A stretch of DNA of 63,538 bases, filler included, from Folioceros fuciformis (GCA_049999805.1; 9 parts of 9 records of this genome joined end to end with filler, not necessarily neighbours in it), one strand, 5' to 3'. Numbered from the whole stretch's first letter, positions 46,774 through 60,349 are shown. Numbers and translations are program-made. The notes: generated by a model not told the origin, from the letters alone.

Positions 46774-48076
46774 ATGGTGAAGAAAGTGACGCTGCATTCG
46801 CACATTGAGTCTGTGCAACCCCAGGTGAGTTTGTCCAGTGGGCTTCTCCACCTTGCTAAAGTGGTTGCGCTCGACTGGCATGCCCAGGGATGTTGATGAC
46901 GGCGTTTTTGCGCAGGCCGCTTTCTCGTTCCTCTTCGGCGATGATAGGTTTATTAAGAGGTATCACCTGGAAGTGAATGAGGACCCGAATGCGGAGGTTT
47001 CCAGTTGGTCAGCGGATGGCAGACGCTATGTCAAATTCACTGCTCCGCTCAACGCGCCGGCAGTAGTCAGGAAGCTCGTCGGTGAGCGAGTCTTGCCTTA
47101 CCTAGCCGCTTTGTCTGGCGGGGATCGGCTTCCCTTGTGAGCCTAAGTTTTGTTGTTTACCCTAACTCCCGCTTTGTGCTTGGTGGAAACGATCAGAGGA
47201 TTGGCTTGGACATGCGCTGGCTGAATTCCTCACTTTTATTTGTTTTGTTTTTTTGCAGGTTCTGAGACCCTGAAAGTTACTGAGCGTCAGGAGTACTCTC
47301 GGGCTGGCAACTGCTTCAGAATCACCTCTGATCCGGTCATTGAAATTCCTGGGGGGGAACGTTTTTCTACCGTTGGTGAGATTATTTTGGAGCCAGGCAG
47401 GGACGAAGATGGCACATTTGTCACAATCAACGTTGTTCTGGAGTTCAAGGCGGCGGTTTGGGGTGTACAAGGTAATTTCTCCTTCTCGTCTCGCAAGATA
47501 TAGTTTGTGTGCTTGCACAATTCGGTCTGCACCTGACACGTTGCGAGGATGTTGCTCCCAGGAACCATGGAGAATTTCATGGAGGGGCAGGCAAAAAAGT
47601 CGTTTAGGGGTTGGATAAAGATGGCGGTAGATTTCTGCCACGAAGAACTGGAGTATGCCACTAAGTCTGTACAAAGCGCTGAAGATGAGGAGCCGGAGTT
47701 CTATGACCCTGAGGATTTGCCCTCTGACGATGTCTCGTCCAACCATGTTGAGTCATTACAGGGAACCGCTGTTTATGGTGAGTCCAATGGAAGGGTCGGT
47801 GAGCAACAGCTAGAGGTATGGTTTGTGAATGCAGTTATGAGGGAGCTGAACGGGATACAGATCACTACTAAAGCGGCCAAAAGTCATGTGGAAAAGCTCA
47901 ACTCACAAATGCAAAAGTTGGAAGACCAGTGCAATCTGTTAAGATGCCAGTTGGATAGGCAAAGCTCTCTACTTTTGGCCCAAAGGAGAGCTTGGAATCT
48001 GGTTGGTTTGGGTGTTGCCACTGGCGTGTTGTTGGGAATCGGACACTTCTACATACGAAGGCGTCAGAGTCAATAG
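46774..48076 (+). CDS. VASt/StART-like lipid-transfer domain protein with coiled coil and C-terminal TM anchor; exons ~46774-46824, 46916-47081, 47259-47471, 47562-48076
   Basis: AAFSFLFGDD.FI..YH, VSSW...RRYVKF, KVTERQEY, IPGGERFST and VWGVQG-TMENFM fit a VASt-like fold. Tail LVGLGVATGVLLGIGHFYIRRR. In-frame GT-AG introns. Possible extra 5' mini-exon at 46682-46702. Confidence 0.7.
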
Positions 48077-49194
48077 CCGCTTCACTGCGGTGCCATTGCG
48101 TATCCAACATGGCTGGAGATTTTCGTTGTCTCCAACTCCTGTAGGTGCCTTCGGGTTCCACCGCGTCAAGACGCTGCCGCAAAAACCTGCAGCAGCGTTC
48201 AATTCTTTTGTACAGGGTGTAAAAATTGTACAGAGTTACTGTGGTTACTTTTATGTGGGATCAACAGCGTAAGGGTACATTGAGGCGAATGGAATGAGGC
48301 CGAGTTATATCCTGTTTTGTATGTTTCTACCTCCGTTTGTCAAAGACTTGTGGAGTACGCGTGAAGCTGAGGAGTCCCAGGCGTCTGTGAATTGTCACAG
48401 TCGCACATACTCTGCGCACTGTACTCGCTGCTTCAGAGACACCTCAAATGTCAGGGGGTGTTGAACAAGTCCGATTTGACTGGGAAAACTTTAGACTGAG
48501 AACTTCAGAAAATGGAGCGTGATGTACATGGCACCAGCCTTCAAGGAATTATGTCCTTAGGATGTATAATGTACTTGGTGAACATAAATGGTTCGAATCA
48601 GCAAGTTCACGACAGGATTCGGAGGGTCGGTCCCAGCCTCTGCGATCTGATTTTTCTGCAGGTGGAAGTATGCACTGTCTACCGCCATTATGCTCTGACC
48701 TGTGATGTGCACAGCAGGGTCGAATTTATTGCCGACATCTCCGTGAATTGCAGGCGATGGGACTAGTCTTAGCTCAGCTGGCCGTTCANNNNNNNNNNNN
48801 NNNNNNNNNNNNNNNNNNNNNNNNNNNNNNNNTTAATTAATTAANNNNNNNNNNNNNNNNNNNNNNNNNNNNNNNNNNNNNNNNNNNNTTATTTTGATAA
48901 TAGAAATATATATATTACTATATACCACTAAAGAAATTATGTCTCCTTTAATGGAGAAACAGGATGGCAGGCTCTGGCAGGCTCGAGACAAACCCCGGAA
49001 GGTAACTAGGAAAGAAATTAGGCTACTAGAGGTACATATTTTTCTATCATGTATATTTTCAAAAAATATGGTATAAGCAATTTTTATTTTTTTTTGTCAT
49101 CTCAGAGAAATTTTAACTTACAAGATCATTTTTATGGAATACCCATACGGTTAGGCTGGCTTACAGTGGTATATAATCCAAAATATACTTTACT

Positions 49195-49800
49195 GCAATG
49201 GTATATGGTCCTTTTGGACGTAACACATGTGCCCCTTTGGTCTAACTTTTTTGCGGTATACGGTCCAAATATTTTGGATAGATGTACCCATTTCATTTAC
49301 CGCAGCGGTATACGGTCCAAACATCCCCTTTGGTCTAACTTTATCGGGTATACGGTCCAAATATTTTGGACGTAACACATGTACCCGTTTCAGTTATAAC
49401 TTTACCGCAGCGGTATATGATCCAAACATCCCCTTTGGCCTAACTTTATCGGGTATACGGTCCAAATATTTTGGACGTAACACATGTACCCGTTTCAGTC
49501 GTAACTTTCGTACCCGTTTCAGTCGTAACTTTACCTCAGGAGTATACGGTCCAAACATCCTTTTGGTCTAACTTTATCGGGTATACATCCCCTTTGGTCT
49601 AACTTTATCGGGTATACGGTCCAAACATCCCCTTTGGTCTAACTTTATTGGGTATATATTTTGGACGTAACAGATGTACCTAACTTTATCGGGTATACGG
49701 TCCAAATATTTTGGACCATATACCGTTTCAGTCGTAACTTTACCGCAGCGGTACATGGTCCAAACATTTTAGATGTAAAAGATGTGCCCTTCGGTCATAC
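49195..49800. repeat. Modular array of GGTATACGGTCCAAA / TGGTCTAACTTTATCG / TATTTTGGACGTAACACATGTACC units
   Basis: About ten recurrences of the GGTATACGGTCCAAA core, interleaved with two or three other fixed modules. Confidence 0.9.
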
Positions 49801-49822
49801 GGCACAAAGTAGGTGTCCCGAT

Positions 49823-49924
49823 CGGGACACTTACTTTGTAATAATATTTTATCCCTCGGGATACCTACTTTGTGATAATATTTTATCCCTCGGGACACCT
49901 ACTTTGTGATAATATTTTATCCCT
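49823..49924. repeat. Three tandem ~34-bp units (GGGAYACCTACTTTGTGATAATATTTTATCCCTC)
   Basis: Directly visible tandem copies. Confidence 0.9.
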
Positions 49925-50053
49925 AACATTCTAATTCGTTACGTGTGATAATATTCGAGGGACCCCAGGCACGGCCGGTGGAGCGGTGATGCAGATCGAA
50001 GTATCCGAGGACCCCAAGCAATGGTGCAAAGCAAGACTATTGGCGAGGTGCGA

Positions 50054-50410
50054 GCCTTCATACTTTGTGGTGTGCTCCTCTAGAGAGGAGGAGGATGACA
50101 CACCTATGCGTGGTGCCTTCATACTTTGTGGTGTGCTCCTCTAGAGAGGAGAAGGATGACACACCTATGCGTGGTGCCGCCTGGCCCGTGGAAGCTGACC
50201 ATCTCTCGCTCACTGTGAGGGTCTCACGGTGGTGTCAATCGGTGTATCTTTGAAACACTACCAAACCCTAACCCCGAGGAGGATGACACACATGTGCATC
50301 CACGATGAGGTGCCACCCGGCCTGTGGCAGATGACCATCTCTCCCTCATCGTGAGGGTCTCATGGTGGTGTTAATCGGTGCATCTCTAAAACCCTAGCAA
50401 ACCTGAACCC
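50054..50410. repeat. Two tandem ~61-bp units followed by a diverged ~130-bp duplication
   Basis: GCCTTCATACTTTGTGGTGTGCTCCTCTAGAGAGGAG...CCTATGCGTGGT occurs twice, and TGACCATCTCTC...GTGAGGGTCTCA..GGTGGTGT occurs twice. Confidence 0.85.
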
Positions 50411-53234
50411 TTGACACATTTCATCCTGATTTTTTATGATGAGGATGCATGAACCCATTTCATGATGAGGGTGCATGCATCCAAATAAAAAAATATAGTA
50501 CGTGTCCGTATCAATCCCCATGGATATGTTCAATATGAGAATCTATGGTAGATTCTACCATATATTCCTATCTAAAATACTTATTCCATTCCAGAAAGAA
50601 AAAAAAACCATCGATGTCTAGACCGAGTCCGAATCGTATTCCATATTTATGATCCAAAGTATATAACTTACAAATGTGTTTCTTATAAAGAGAGATAATG
50701 AAACCAAGTGTTTTTATTGAACACAAAAAAAGTATTATATGTTATTATATATATATAATTAAAATACTTTATAAAGTGCATTCTTATTTTTGTGTATTGA
50801 GATACTAAAATATCATCATAAATAAGATACTATATAATTATTTTTTATATTTTATCTCTTTAATATGTGCGTATTCAAATAACATGTCTTAAGATCCATT
50901 TAAATAAAATACTTTGAATATAACACATATATTTCTTTATAACAAGATTAGCATCATGCGCCTCTCGTACTGTAAAGGAAAAAAGTTATCTTTGAGTTTT
51001 ACTATCTAGGTGCCTAAAGCGCAAGAATATTGATAAAATAATTTTTAAGTTTATAAATATATATTTTATCGTTTGAGAATATATTGTGCCAAATTTATCT
51101 TTGGCACACTACATTGTCATGTAGATTACGAGATAAACAATCAAATGAAGATTCCTACAAGCACATAAAAAATAACTAATAAGAGATAAGCATTTATTTA
51201 TGCTAACATTTGGAATACCAATCTTACTAGCGTTTGCTCATGTCGATAGTTTGTTTTTCACCACTAAACATTAACAACAACTAAAACCTACTTGCACATT
51301 AAAACTTACTTAAGCTTATCACCCCTGATTTTATTAAATATGTTGTATCATATTTATTGACAATAAATATGATGACTTGACAATAAATATGTTGTCAACT
51401 TACTTCTAATAAGCTCTCAAAGGCATCTCTACTAAAAGGTACAACTCATTTTTCGTCACACAATGAATGGACTAAGAATAGAGTGAACTCCAAGTTACAC
51501 ATTTTGCACAATCAAGCCTACATGACTAGATTGCACTAGATTGAACATCATCAAACTTTGCTTTGTAGCTACTTCATTGTGGCTCTTGTTCACAGTCATC
51601 CTCTCATTAAACGTTCATGTACTAAAATAAACAACCTTCCAAGTACTCTAGTTTGGTGCTCATCTATTCTGAGTGACATATTCAATCTTATGTTACTATC
51701 CCTAGCCAAACATTATTCAAATATCATGTCGCCTTACACAACCCTACCCTACCCTACCCTAAAATTATGATGTTATCAATCTTCTTTTTAATAATAGATT
51801 GTCTTGTATTAACTCCCATACCATATGATGTTTATAGCCAAACACAACATCAATCATACTCGAAGTTATCCTAGTTGAAGGAATATTCCATGGTGCTTAA
51901 ACTGAGTTGTCCATATGTAATGAGTGATGTTCGACTTCTCTGCAATTTATTTTTGGAAAGAAGACTCGGCTACATCTAACCTAGGCAATTGTATTTTCAT
52001 TGTCTTTCTTATGTTGAGGTACAACCTAGAGCAAGTGCACCTCGAATACCTCAACATTAGGGAGGGAATCAATTCTCTATAGTAAGTGTAATGAGTATAA
52101 CTCTTTTAGAGGATAATTTAAAATAATGATAAATTATATATATAAGAATCTTTTTAGAAGTAATTATTTATTAGGAGTAAAGTTATGATGTTGATTGCTC
52201 CGATGAATAGTATTTTCTGAATTGAGACCCAAAATACCAGTTTTCTTTAGTGGTCTTGGTTCCTCTTGACGTTGATGTGGTCAGAAATGAGGCCTGTGGA
52301 CGGACGGGGAAGCAGCTTGCATTCTTCCGAGAACGTAGTGCGAAGGAATTAGCTTTAACTTCAGGCTATAAGGGTGAAAAACTTCGCCTACGGTTGCGTG
52401 CAGAGAGTGGGTGAGGTTAGGTTCATCCTGGAAGGATTGTGTGAAAGTCCCCATCGGTGAGTGGCAAGTCCTTGTGGACCGGAGGGTGATGTTGGGCATG
52501 GTGCCGGTACTCCCTGAAGTCACTAGTCCGACTCGTTTGGTATTTTGAATTCATTCACCCCACGATCCAGAATGGACGGTTTGGTGAGGAAGCAGCTTTG
52601 GTGTGGATCTCAAACAGACCTGAGCCTGGCACATCGTCTGAAATAACTCTCAAGTTTTAAACTGCAGGTAGACAAGACAAATTCCTTGTCAAGGTCTTCG
52701 TTTGCAAGCCCCGTTCCACAAGAGGAGAAAGCTCCAAGGTCCAGGGGCGTTCAGTACATCCAAGATGAAACTTGATCCAGAGAGAAGCCCAATAAGTGAC
52801 AAGCACATGGCGACATCCTGAAGCCTGCTCGGCGGAGAGGATGTGGACTGAATTCAGTTGGCCTCACTGTCCACCGGGCACGCAGCCACAGCACGGAGGT
52901 GAGAGCATTGCAAGTATGGTGAGATCGAGGCATTGTCAAAAGGGACACCAAGAGCGGGAGCGGGTGTTTGCCGCTCTACGTTAGAAACAAGGACACGACA
53001 CATGCTAAGCAGGGAGACTCCCTTCCTCCCTGATTCAACCTAGCCCAGATTGATACCATACCATGGCAGCCTCAAGTGACAGACATACCGATGCGCGTGC
53101 CCCGTCTACGTGAAGAGTAAATAAAGCTCTAGGTTCGAGGAAGGAGTCAGCGCAATCCCGCCCTCTCATCAGCCGCTCTCCAGGGACATGATCTCCAGCC
53201 CTTGCAGGCGGGAACGCCAGAGCAGGTGCCGGCA

Positions 53235-53794
53235 TCAGGTTCCCCCCATGTGCGCGTCTTCTGCGTCCGTAGAGCCGCCGGATGCAGGCAGACTCGGAGG
53301 TGCAGACCCCGGCTCCAAGCTTGTCCCCGAGGGAGCAGGCACGGGCACGGGCACGGGCGCGGCTTCCGTCGGAGCAGGACTCGCCATAGCTTCTGCTGCC
53401 TGCTCGGGAGCAGGAGCCTCCTTCGCTGGCTGAGGCACAGGCACAGGCACGGAAGGAGGTGGTCCAGGTTGCACAGGGCCTGGCACCGTGGCAGAGCTAG
53501 TAGCTCGCGGAGGTGCCCGGACTGGAGCCGGAGCTGGAGACGGAGCCGGCCGTGGCGGTGGCGGGGGCAGCACAATCCTCTCGTCCTTCCTCACGAACTT
53601 GGCCTCCGGAGCAACGTCGTTGAACTTGGAGGGAGGGACGGATAAACCCGGGCCGAAGAGCACCCCGCGCAGCATCACATCACTCTCCCCCACCCGCACC
53701 GTAAGGAGGTAGCCGGCATCGAAGCATCCATCAAGAACTCCAGACACCGGCTGCCCCACCAAGGCAGGATCCACCGGCGCGGGCGCCGAATTAC
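53235..53794 (-). CDS. 3' part of a METABOLIC NETWORK MODULATOR 1 / AT-hook-associated family protein, 5'-truncated by gap
   Basis: LVGQPVSGVLDGCFDAGYLLTVRVGESDVMLRGVLF.PG.SVP....NDVAP, followed by a Pro/Ala-rich tail. Confidence 0.8.
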
Positions 53795-56289
53795 NNNNNN
53801 NNNNNNNNNNNNNNNNNNNNNNNNNNNNNNNNNNNNNNTTAATTAATTAANNNNNNNNNNNNNNNNNNNNNNNNNNNNNNNNNNNNNNNNNNNNCTTTTT
53901 CAACCAAAACAAACTACTACCCCAAACTTTGGAGGTTCACACCACTAATCTAACCTAATCTCCTAACCGTTTCTCTACAAAATTCAATAAGAGATTCTAA
54001 AAAAAGAAACCCTACCATTTTCCAGGGTCTGTTTCTCCTGTGGCCTCCACAGGGGGGCAGGCGGCTGGCTGCAGGTGGCTGGATCCAGTGGAGATAGGTA
54101 GGCTAGTCGAGGCCGGGCAGAGCAGGCCGGCTTGTGGGCGGCCTGGTTGGTCAGCAAGCTGGCCACTGGCCTGGCCATCCTACCTCCTGCCTGGCTGCTG
54201 AGAACTTGGCAGGCAGCGATGCAAAGCCCGACAACTGGCAGGCGGATCCCAGGTAGTCCAGGGGTGCATCGCGGCAAGGCCGAGAGCATGCAGGTTGGTT
54301 GATCTGATAGGCGAGCTATGTAGCTAGATCAACCAGGTGAGGTACTGGCGAATCCTGGCAGACCGCTGGTCGGCGGCAGGGGCTGAAGCAGGCAGGTGGA
54401 CCTGTGGGTCCAGGCAGCCAGGCCGACTCGTTGGACCACGGCCAATCGGCGGGCTGGCTGAATCATGGCCGAAGCAGCCGGGTTGCAGGTAGGTGCTGCC
54501 ACCAGGCCGGCTGCGAATGAGGCTGGAGCGGACGTAGGCAAGGCGGGTCCAGCAGGCGGAGTGGATCAAGCTGGGTGTGTGTGGGTGGAGGCTGGATCGC
54601 CAAGACAAGCTGAGCATCCGAGCGGGGAGGCAAGCCGAATTGACAAGGCCCGGCTGGATTGGCAGGCAGGCAGATGGTAGGAAGGCATGGGCGCTCTGTA
54701 GACGGCCAGGTCTGAGCGAAGGGCTCTAATAGCACTGTGGAGGGGTGCTGAACCAGGGCAGTACGAAGCGGGGGCTGGTGTCCAGGGAAGAGTACGGGCC
54801 ACATGGTAGTGATGTGTGCAATCGGATGGGGGCCGTATGCAGCGGTGAGATGTGCCTTCAGCCATCAGCACATCTCAACCATCAGCGGTCGGGGCAGCTT
54901 GCCGTTCTCGGACACGCTGCAGGAGTACCTTCTGGATCTAAAGAATGAGCAGCAGTGGAAGTGTCGGCTGGTGTAGTGTTCCAGGTGCCTCTCCTGAAGG
55001 GGGGGAAGTAGTGGGTCCGAGTTCCAGATCCTGCTGGGCTGAGAGGAGATCCAGCTGGGGTTGTTGAGAGGGAGTAAATTGAGAGGGAGTAGGCTTGTTG
55101 TCTAGGGGAAAGCCGGTCCAGGGGGAAGAAGGGGGGTGTTCTAAGTGACACTCCAAGGATGACAGTCTGGATTCCTAGTCTTGAGCTACTGTCAGCTCAT
55201 CTTAGTGCATGGAGGGAGGTATGAGGGAGTTAAGGACAGTTTTGAGAGGTACTGATGATCGTTGATGATTGTTGGTAGGGGCAACCAGCCCTGTCCAAGG
55301 GGTAGCAGGCAATTAGGGTTAGGTTAGGTCAGAGTTAGGGGCGACTTAGGTCAGAGAGAGATTGTTGGGCGGTTGACTGAGGCTAACCCTAGTAGACAAA
55401 GATGGAGGTTTGGGCCAAGGGTAGTAGAAGAGGCCAGACCTGCCATTGAGGAGGGGGTAGTCTACGGTGTGATTTCCCTTGGCCTTGTGTGCAGACTCCC
55501 GGCTTAGAGTGCTGAGCCGGTTGAGATTGAACCAAGGACTTGATTCCCCTTGCCACTAGGGGGACGTGGTGGATCCCAAGACTGCCGAGATCCGTGTGGC
55601 CGGATTCATAACGGCTGATCATTTTGCAGGCCGCCTGAGGTGAGGTGACAAGACCGTGAGCCAGGAGGGCTATCTAGTCCTAGTCCCCATCTCCTTGCTT
55701 GAAGACTACGAGAGGCAAGGCTGTTGTGTCCCAAATTCCAGGGTTGAGTTGAAGAGAAGTGTGGAGGTGTTGGAGTGAGGTGGAGTGAAGTGTGAGCTGT
55801 TGGGGTGCACAAGTGTGAGCTGAAGTGAAGAGGTGAGTGACTGAAGTGAAGTGATGGGCTGAAGGACTGAAGTGCTGGAGTGTGGAATTAGTGGGCTTGA
55901 GTTGAGGATAGGCTAAAGATTCTGACCTTTTTTGCTGGAGTATGGTTAGGGTTAGGAACTGGCTGATAGATAAGATGAGAGTAGGAAATTGTAGGCACCC
56001 TTGACACTAGTTCACTCCCTGGGAGCGAATCATAAGACTACAACAACAATAAGGGGAAGTGTGGCCATTTGGTGGTTCTTGGGTGTAAGAAATCACTCCA
56101 CAGTATCCCGAAAACGGAAACCTGGTGGCTCGTTGCGGCCCCAATCTTGAGGGAATGCGTAGGCAAGGCTCTGAAATTTCCCACCTTTGGCATCCAGTAG
56201 TAGAAAACTTTACCCACCTTCTTCCTCATAAGGACACACACCTTGATGTGCGTGTTGGCTGCGTCCACACTACCCGAGAAGAAACTTTT

Positions 56290-56600
56290 CTAGATTCTAC
56301 TTGCCCACTGCGTTCCGGGGTTGGACCTCCAAGGTTTCTTGAGCACACCTTGAAACCCTGGCAATGGAATCAGAAGCGCCTTCTCCGACTTATCCCCTCC
56401 ATTGCCAACTCTAGCACGGAGAGGGCAAGTCTGCTTAAGGTGGCTCTTCAAGCCACAAACGCCGCACCTGGCAGGCAGATCCGGGTAGTCAAAAAGTTGT
56501 GTAAAACACCTAGCTGGGTCCTCCGGATCTCGGACGATGACACCTTCAGGCAGGTCTAGGAGGCTGTCCACCCTCACACCAAAACACAGGGGGCTTACTG
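56290..56600 (-). mobile_element. LINE (L1-like) ORF1 fragment with CX2CX4HX4C zinc knuckle
   Basis: VRVDSLLDLP...QLFDYPDLPARCGVCGLKSHLKQTCP. Confidence 0.7.
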
Positions 56601-56601
56601 C

Positions 56602-56992
56602 TGTCAAAAAAGTGCAAATCCACCTTGGGAATGTCAATAGGATCGACTCCAGTCTATGTGCAAGTGTAGGAGAGGAGAGAAGAGAAGAGAGAGTGGTATT
56701 GGTGGTCACAACCAAAGACAATACACATCACCACTGTCTTACTATGGAGGTCAAGGTCCTCATTTAAGTAGTACATTTAGGGCTACACAACTTCCAGGTT
56801 TAATATAGGATAATCTACACTATCCTAAGTTCACTAATAACTAAAACTAGTCTAGTATGAACCTAATCGGGATAACTAACACCACATGAGTTTAGCTTAT
56901 ATAGAGCTCGATATCTCAACACTCCCCCTCGAGCTCAACATAGCATCTATATGCCTAACATAGCTCGGAATTTCTTCAGCTTCTCTGCTCCT
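56602..56992 (-). mobile_element. Copia 3' end: RNase H terminus, polypurine tract and 3' LTR, abutting the LINE ORF1
   Basis: Minus strand AEKLKKFRAMLGI*, then PPT GAGGGGGAG (56922-56930) directly followed by TGTTGA. The LTR's far end (~56602-56632) is uncertain. Confidence 0.75.
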
Positions 56993-57875
56993 TGTGAACC
57001 TGTGAACCTCCAAAGTTTGGGGTAGTAGTTTGTTTTGGTTGAAAAAGGGTTAATAGTGGTATGGTTTGGTTTTCTTTTTCAACTTATTTTTCCTAATTTT
57101 CCTTGATTTTCTGGTCATTTTTCCTATTTTTCTTTTTGCTAATTAAGTTAATTGACCAGGAAATAGTTGGTTTGGTTATAAGAGTGGGTATAGGTTTGGT
57201 CCCAGACCTGGGAAGGTTTAGGTTCGGTACCGGGCCATAGGGTTGGGTGATTAGTTTAATATTAATTAAAGATATATAATATTAAATGATTAAACTATAG
57301 TATAATAATATAATAATAAAATAATGGTTTGAACATAGGAACGGGTATCAGGGTATGTCAGTGTCAGGGGTCAGGGTCTGACGATAGGCTGGCTGATTGC
57401 TTGGCTGGCATGAACGGCTGTGGAGGCCATGCCCTAGCAAGAGCTAGAGGCAGGGGTTGCGACCGCCCCCATCCCTTTTCCCCCTTTCTCCCTTCCTCCT
57501 CCATTCCCNNNNNNNNNNNNNNNNNNNNNNNNNNNNNNNNNNNNNNNNNNNNTTAATTAATTAANNNNNNNNNNNNNNNNNNNNNNNNNNNNNNNNNNNN
57601 NNNNNNNNGTCGGCGAGCAGGAGGAAGGGACGGGTGCGGGAGGGGAAGAGGGGGCCTTGGTCGGCCCTGTTCCTGCGCGAGGTCGCAAGCCGAAGCGGCC
57701 CCTTGAATTTGAGCGCGCGTTTCTGGATGCTCTTCCTTCGGCTGCGATGTGAGCTGAATCTCATCGTTTTGCACGTAATTTTGGAACCCCGTGGTTGGAA
57801 AGGGTAACCTCAGCTGAAAATTCCGTCCTTGGTCTGTGCCTGGATTCTTCTCTGAGGTCTGGGTTGCTTTGTCAG

Positions 57876-59927
57876 GTACGAGAAGAGCTATATGCACCGG
57901 GACGTTGTGACACATGTGGCTGTCTCCAGTGCTGACTTCTTTATCACTGGAAGCTGTGATGGTACGCGTGCGTTTGATGGAGCTGTTGCTGCCATTGGTT
58001 TTTTCTCCTTCCTTGTAACAGCGGAGAGTTTTGTTTCATTTTCCGTCTGAGAGTTCTACCGTCATCGGATCTCTTAGTCCCATTGTTGTTTCAACCTGGT
58101 CCAACTTCAAGCGGAGTGCATTGTTTCGACCAGGTCATATCAAGTTTTGGAAAAAGAAGGGCGTCGGCGTGGAGTTTGTGAAACATTTTCGGTCTCATCT
58201 GGGGCCAATTGTAGGTCTTGCGGTACGAATCAGGTCCCATCACCTATCGGTGTTGTGTGGTTGTGGTCCACTAATTGGACGTTTCATAGCAGTTATGCTC
58301 AAGCTTGGTTTCTGCAGTTTTTTCCTTCGAAACTGCGGCAGAAGAATGACACATGAAGTTGGTATGGGTGTTGGTCTGGCAGGTGAGTGCTGACGGCCTT
58401 TTCTGTTGCACAGCCTCAACCGACAAGGCTGTCAAGATATACGATGTGGTAAACTTTGACATGATGTCCATGCTCCGCCTGCCATTCGTTCCGGGTTGCG
58501 TTGAGTGGGTTTTTAGACACGGAGATGCCAGAACTAAGATTGCTATTAGTGATCGCGGTTCACCCGCGGTCCATCTCTATGATGCGAAATCTGGGAGCAC
58601 TGAACCCATTGTTACAAAGCAGGTAAGCCATTGCACAGTGCGTTTTTCGATGTACTATGCGTCAGAATCCATACTGTGCAATGGTCTAGTCCGCATCTCC
58701 TCACAGGTTTGGATGCAGAGTGCAAGTGTGAATGGTTGGAAGCGAGGTCGTTTTACGTGGGTGCAGCGATGGCTAACGTTGTCTTGCTTCTTCAGATTCA
58801 CATGGCACCTGTAACTCTCATGAAGTACAGCCCCCTCTACGACGTTGTTGTGTCTGCTGAGGGCTCAGGGCTTTTGGAATATTGGTGTCCTGATACACTA
58901 TCCTTCAGCTCTAAAAGGTAAGATTTGTTGCAAATCTCAGAGCCTCTGCTTGCTTAAGTCTTGTCTGGCTTCCATATTGGGGTGTTTTTTTTGTCCGATA
59001 TATGATGTGGAGTTTGTTCATAGTTTGCAGTTCAAGCTCAAGAGTGAAACGGATCTGTATGCTTTTGCAAAGGCCAAGACCAAAGTGTCGTCTCTGGAGG
59101 TTAATACTTTTCACTGAGATCCCTTAAGTGTTGGAATATTCTTGCGCGAAGGCTCAAAGTATGCTAGGTTCTGTTCAGGTTAGCCCAGATGGAAAGCAGT
59201 TTGTCACCACATCACCAGACAGGCGGATCAGAGTGTTCTGGTTTCGTAGTGGCAAGCTAAGGCGTACGTATGATGAGTCTTTGGAGGTGGGATGCTCAAT
59301 ATCACGTAATTCATTGGAATCTATGAATTCTTGCAGTGTGGAGCCCTGCCTTGTTTTCTCTTTGTAGACATCACTACTTTCATGGCCATGTTCGCGGTCT
59401 CATAATTCAGCGGACGTGTGCTTAATGCTCAGGTAGCTCAAGACTTGCAGAGAAGTGATGCCCCCTTGTACAGATTGGATGCGATTGACTTTGGTCGCCG
59501 CATGGCCATAGAGAAGGAGATCGAAAAGACAGAGGGTGTGCCCCTTCCGAATGCGGTCTTTGATGAGAGCAGTAACTTCCTGTTGTACACAACCCTGCTG
59601 GGGATTAAGGTGATGTTTCCCAAGTACTATTGTGTACAGATTTTGTCTCTGTTTGAATAGGTGGAGGTCATTCTGACTAGCAAGTCACTGTTTGTAATTC
59701 TTGCAGGTAGTCAATTTGCAAACTAACAAGGTAGTCAGAATCTTGGGGAAGGTGGAGAATACAGAACGGTTCTTGAGAATTGCCTTGTACCAAGGAGGGA
59801 GCAGTGGTAGGAAAGTTAAGAAGCTGCCAGCATTTGCTTCTGCAAGTTCTATGGGCAAGCGGGAGCCATGGATGGATCCTACTATCGTAGCTTGTGCGTT
59901 CAAGAAGCACCGGATATTTTTTTTCAG
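57876..59927 (+). CDS. CYP71: WD40-repeat cyclophilin (CYP71/PPWD1), internal exons only: 57876-57961, 58134-58222, 58383-58622, 58796-58917, 59024-59099, 59179-59286, 59433-59609, 59707-59927
   Basis: [22 protein letters not shown]...[54 protein letters not shown] and [10 protein letters not shown]. Both ends lost in gaps. Confidence 0.95.
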
Positions 59928-60349
59928 GTGTTTGTAATTCTGCTGTCTGTACTGTTCCATGGTAGTTCGTATGTCCTTCTCAANNNNNNNNNNNNNNNNN
60001 NNNNNNNNNNNNNNNNNNNNNNNNNNNTTAATTAATTAANNNNNNNNNNNNNNNNNNNNNNNNNNNNNNNNNNNNNNNNNNNNAGGGCAGTGGGCTTCTC
60101 CTGACAGGCTCGAGGAAGCACGAGGCTGTGAGGAGTAGGTTAGGTGGTGGTGGCGACGCGTAGGCTAACCCTGGAGTGGCGACAAATGGTAGAAGCAATG
60201 GTTGAGATAACCACAATTGATCCTTGCAGGGACGTCGCAACTTGACCTATGGTGCAGGTCGAGGTTGCCTTCTGGCCCAACATGGACCACTGGAGAGTCC
60301 GAGCAGGGGAACTGGTAGAGGAGTTGGGTCTCGGGTTCATGACAAAGCG

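Larger units (their letters stand above)
48926..52252. mobile_element. Putative non-autonomous CACTA (En/Spm-like) element, ~3.3 kb
   Basis: CACTAAAGAAA at 48926-48936 and its reverse complement TTTCTTTAGTG at 52242-52252 bracket an AT-rich, ORF-poor region with dense sub-terminal repeats. No matching 3-bp TSD (tac vs gtc). Confidence 0.55.

Noticed and set aside
49195-49800. CRISPR-like array
   Set aside because: The intervening sequences are themselves repeated modules rather than unique spacers, spacing is irregular, there are no cas genes, and the context is plant nuclear.
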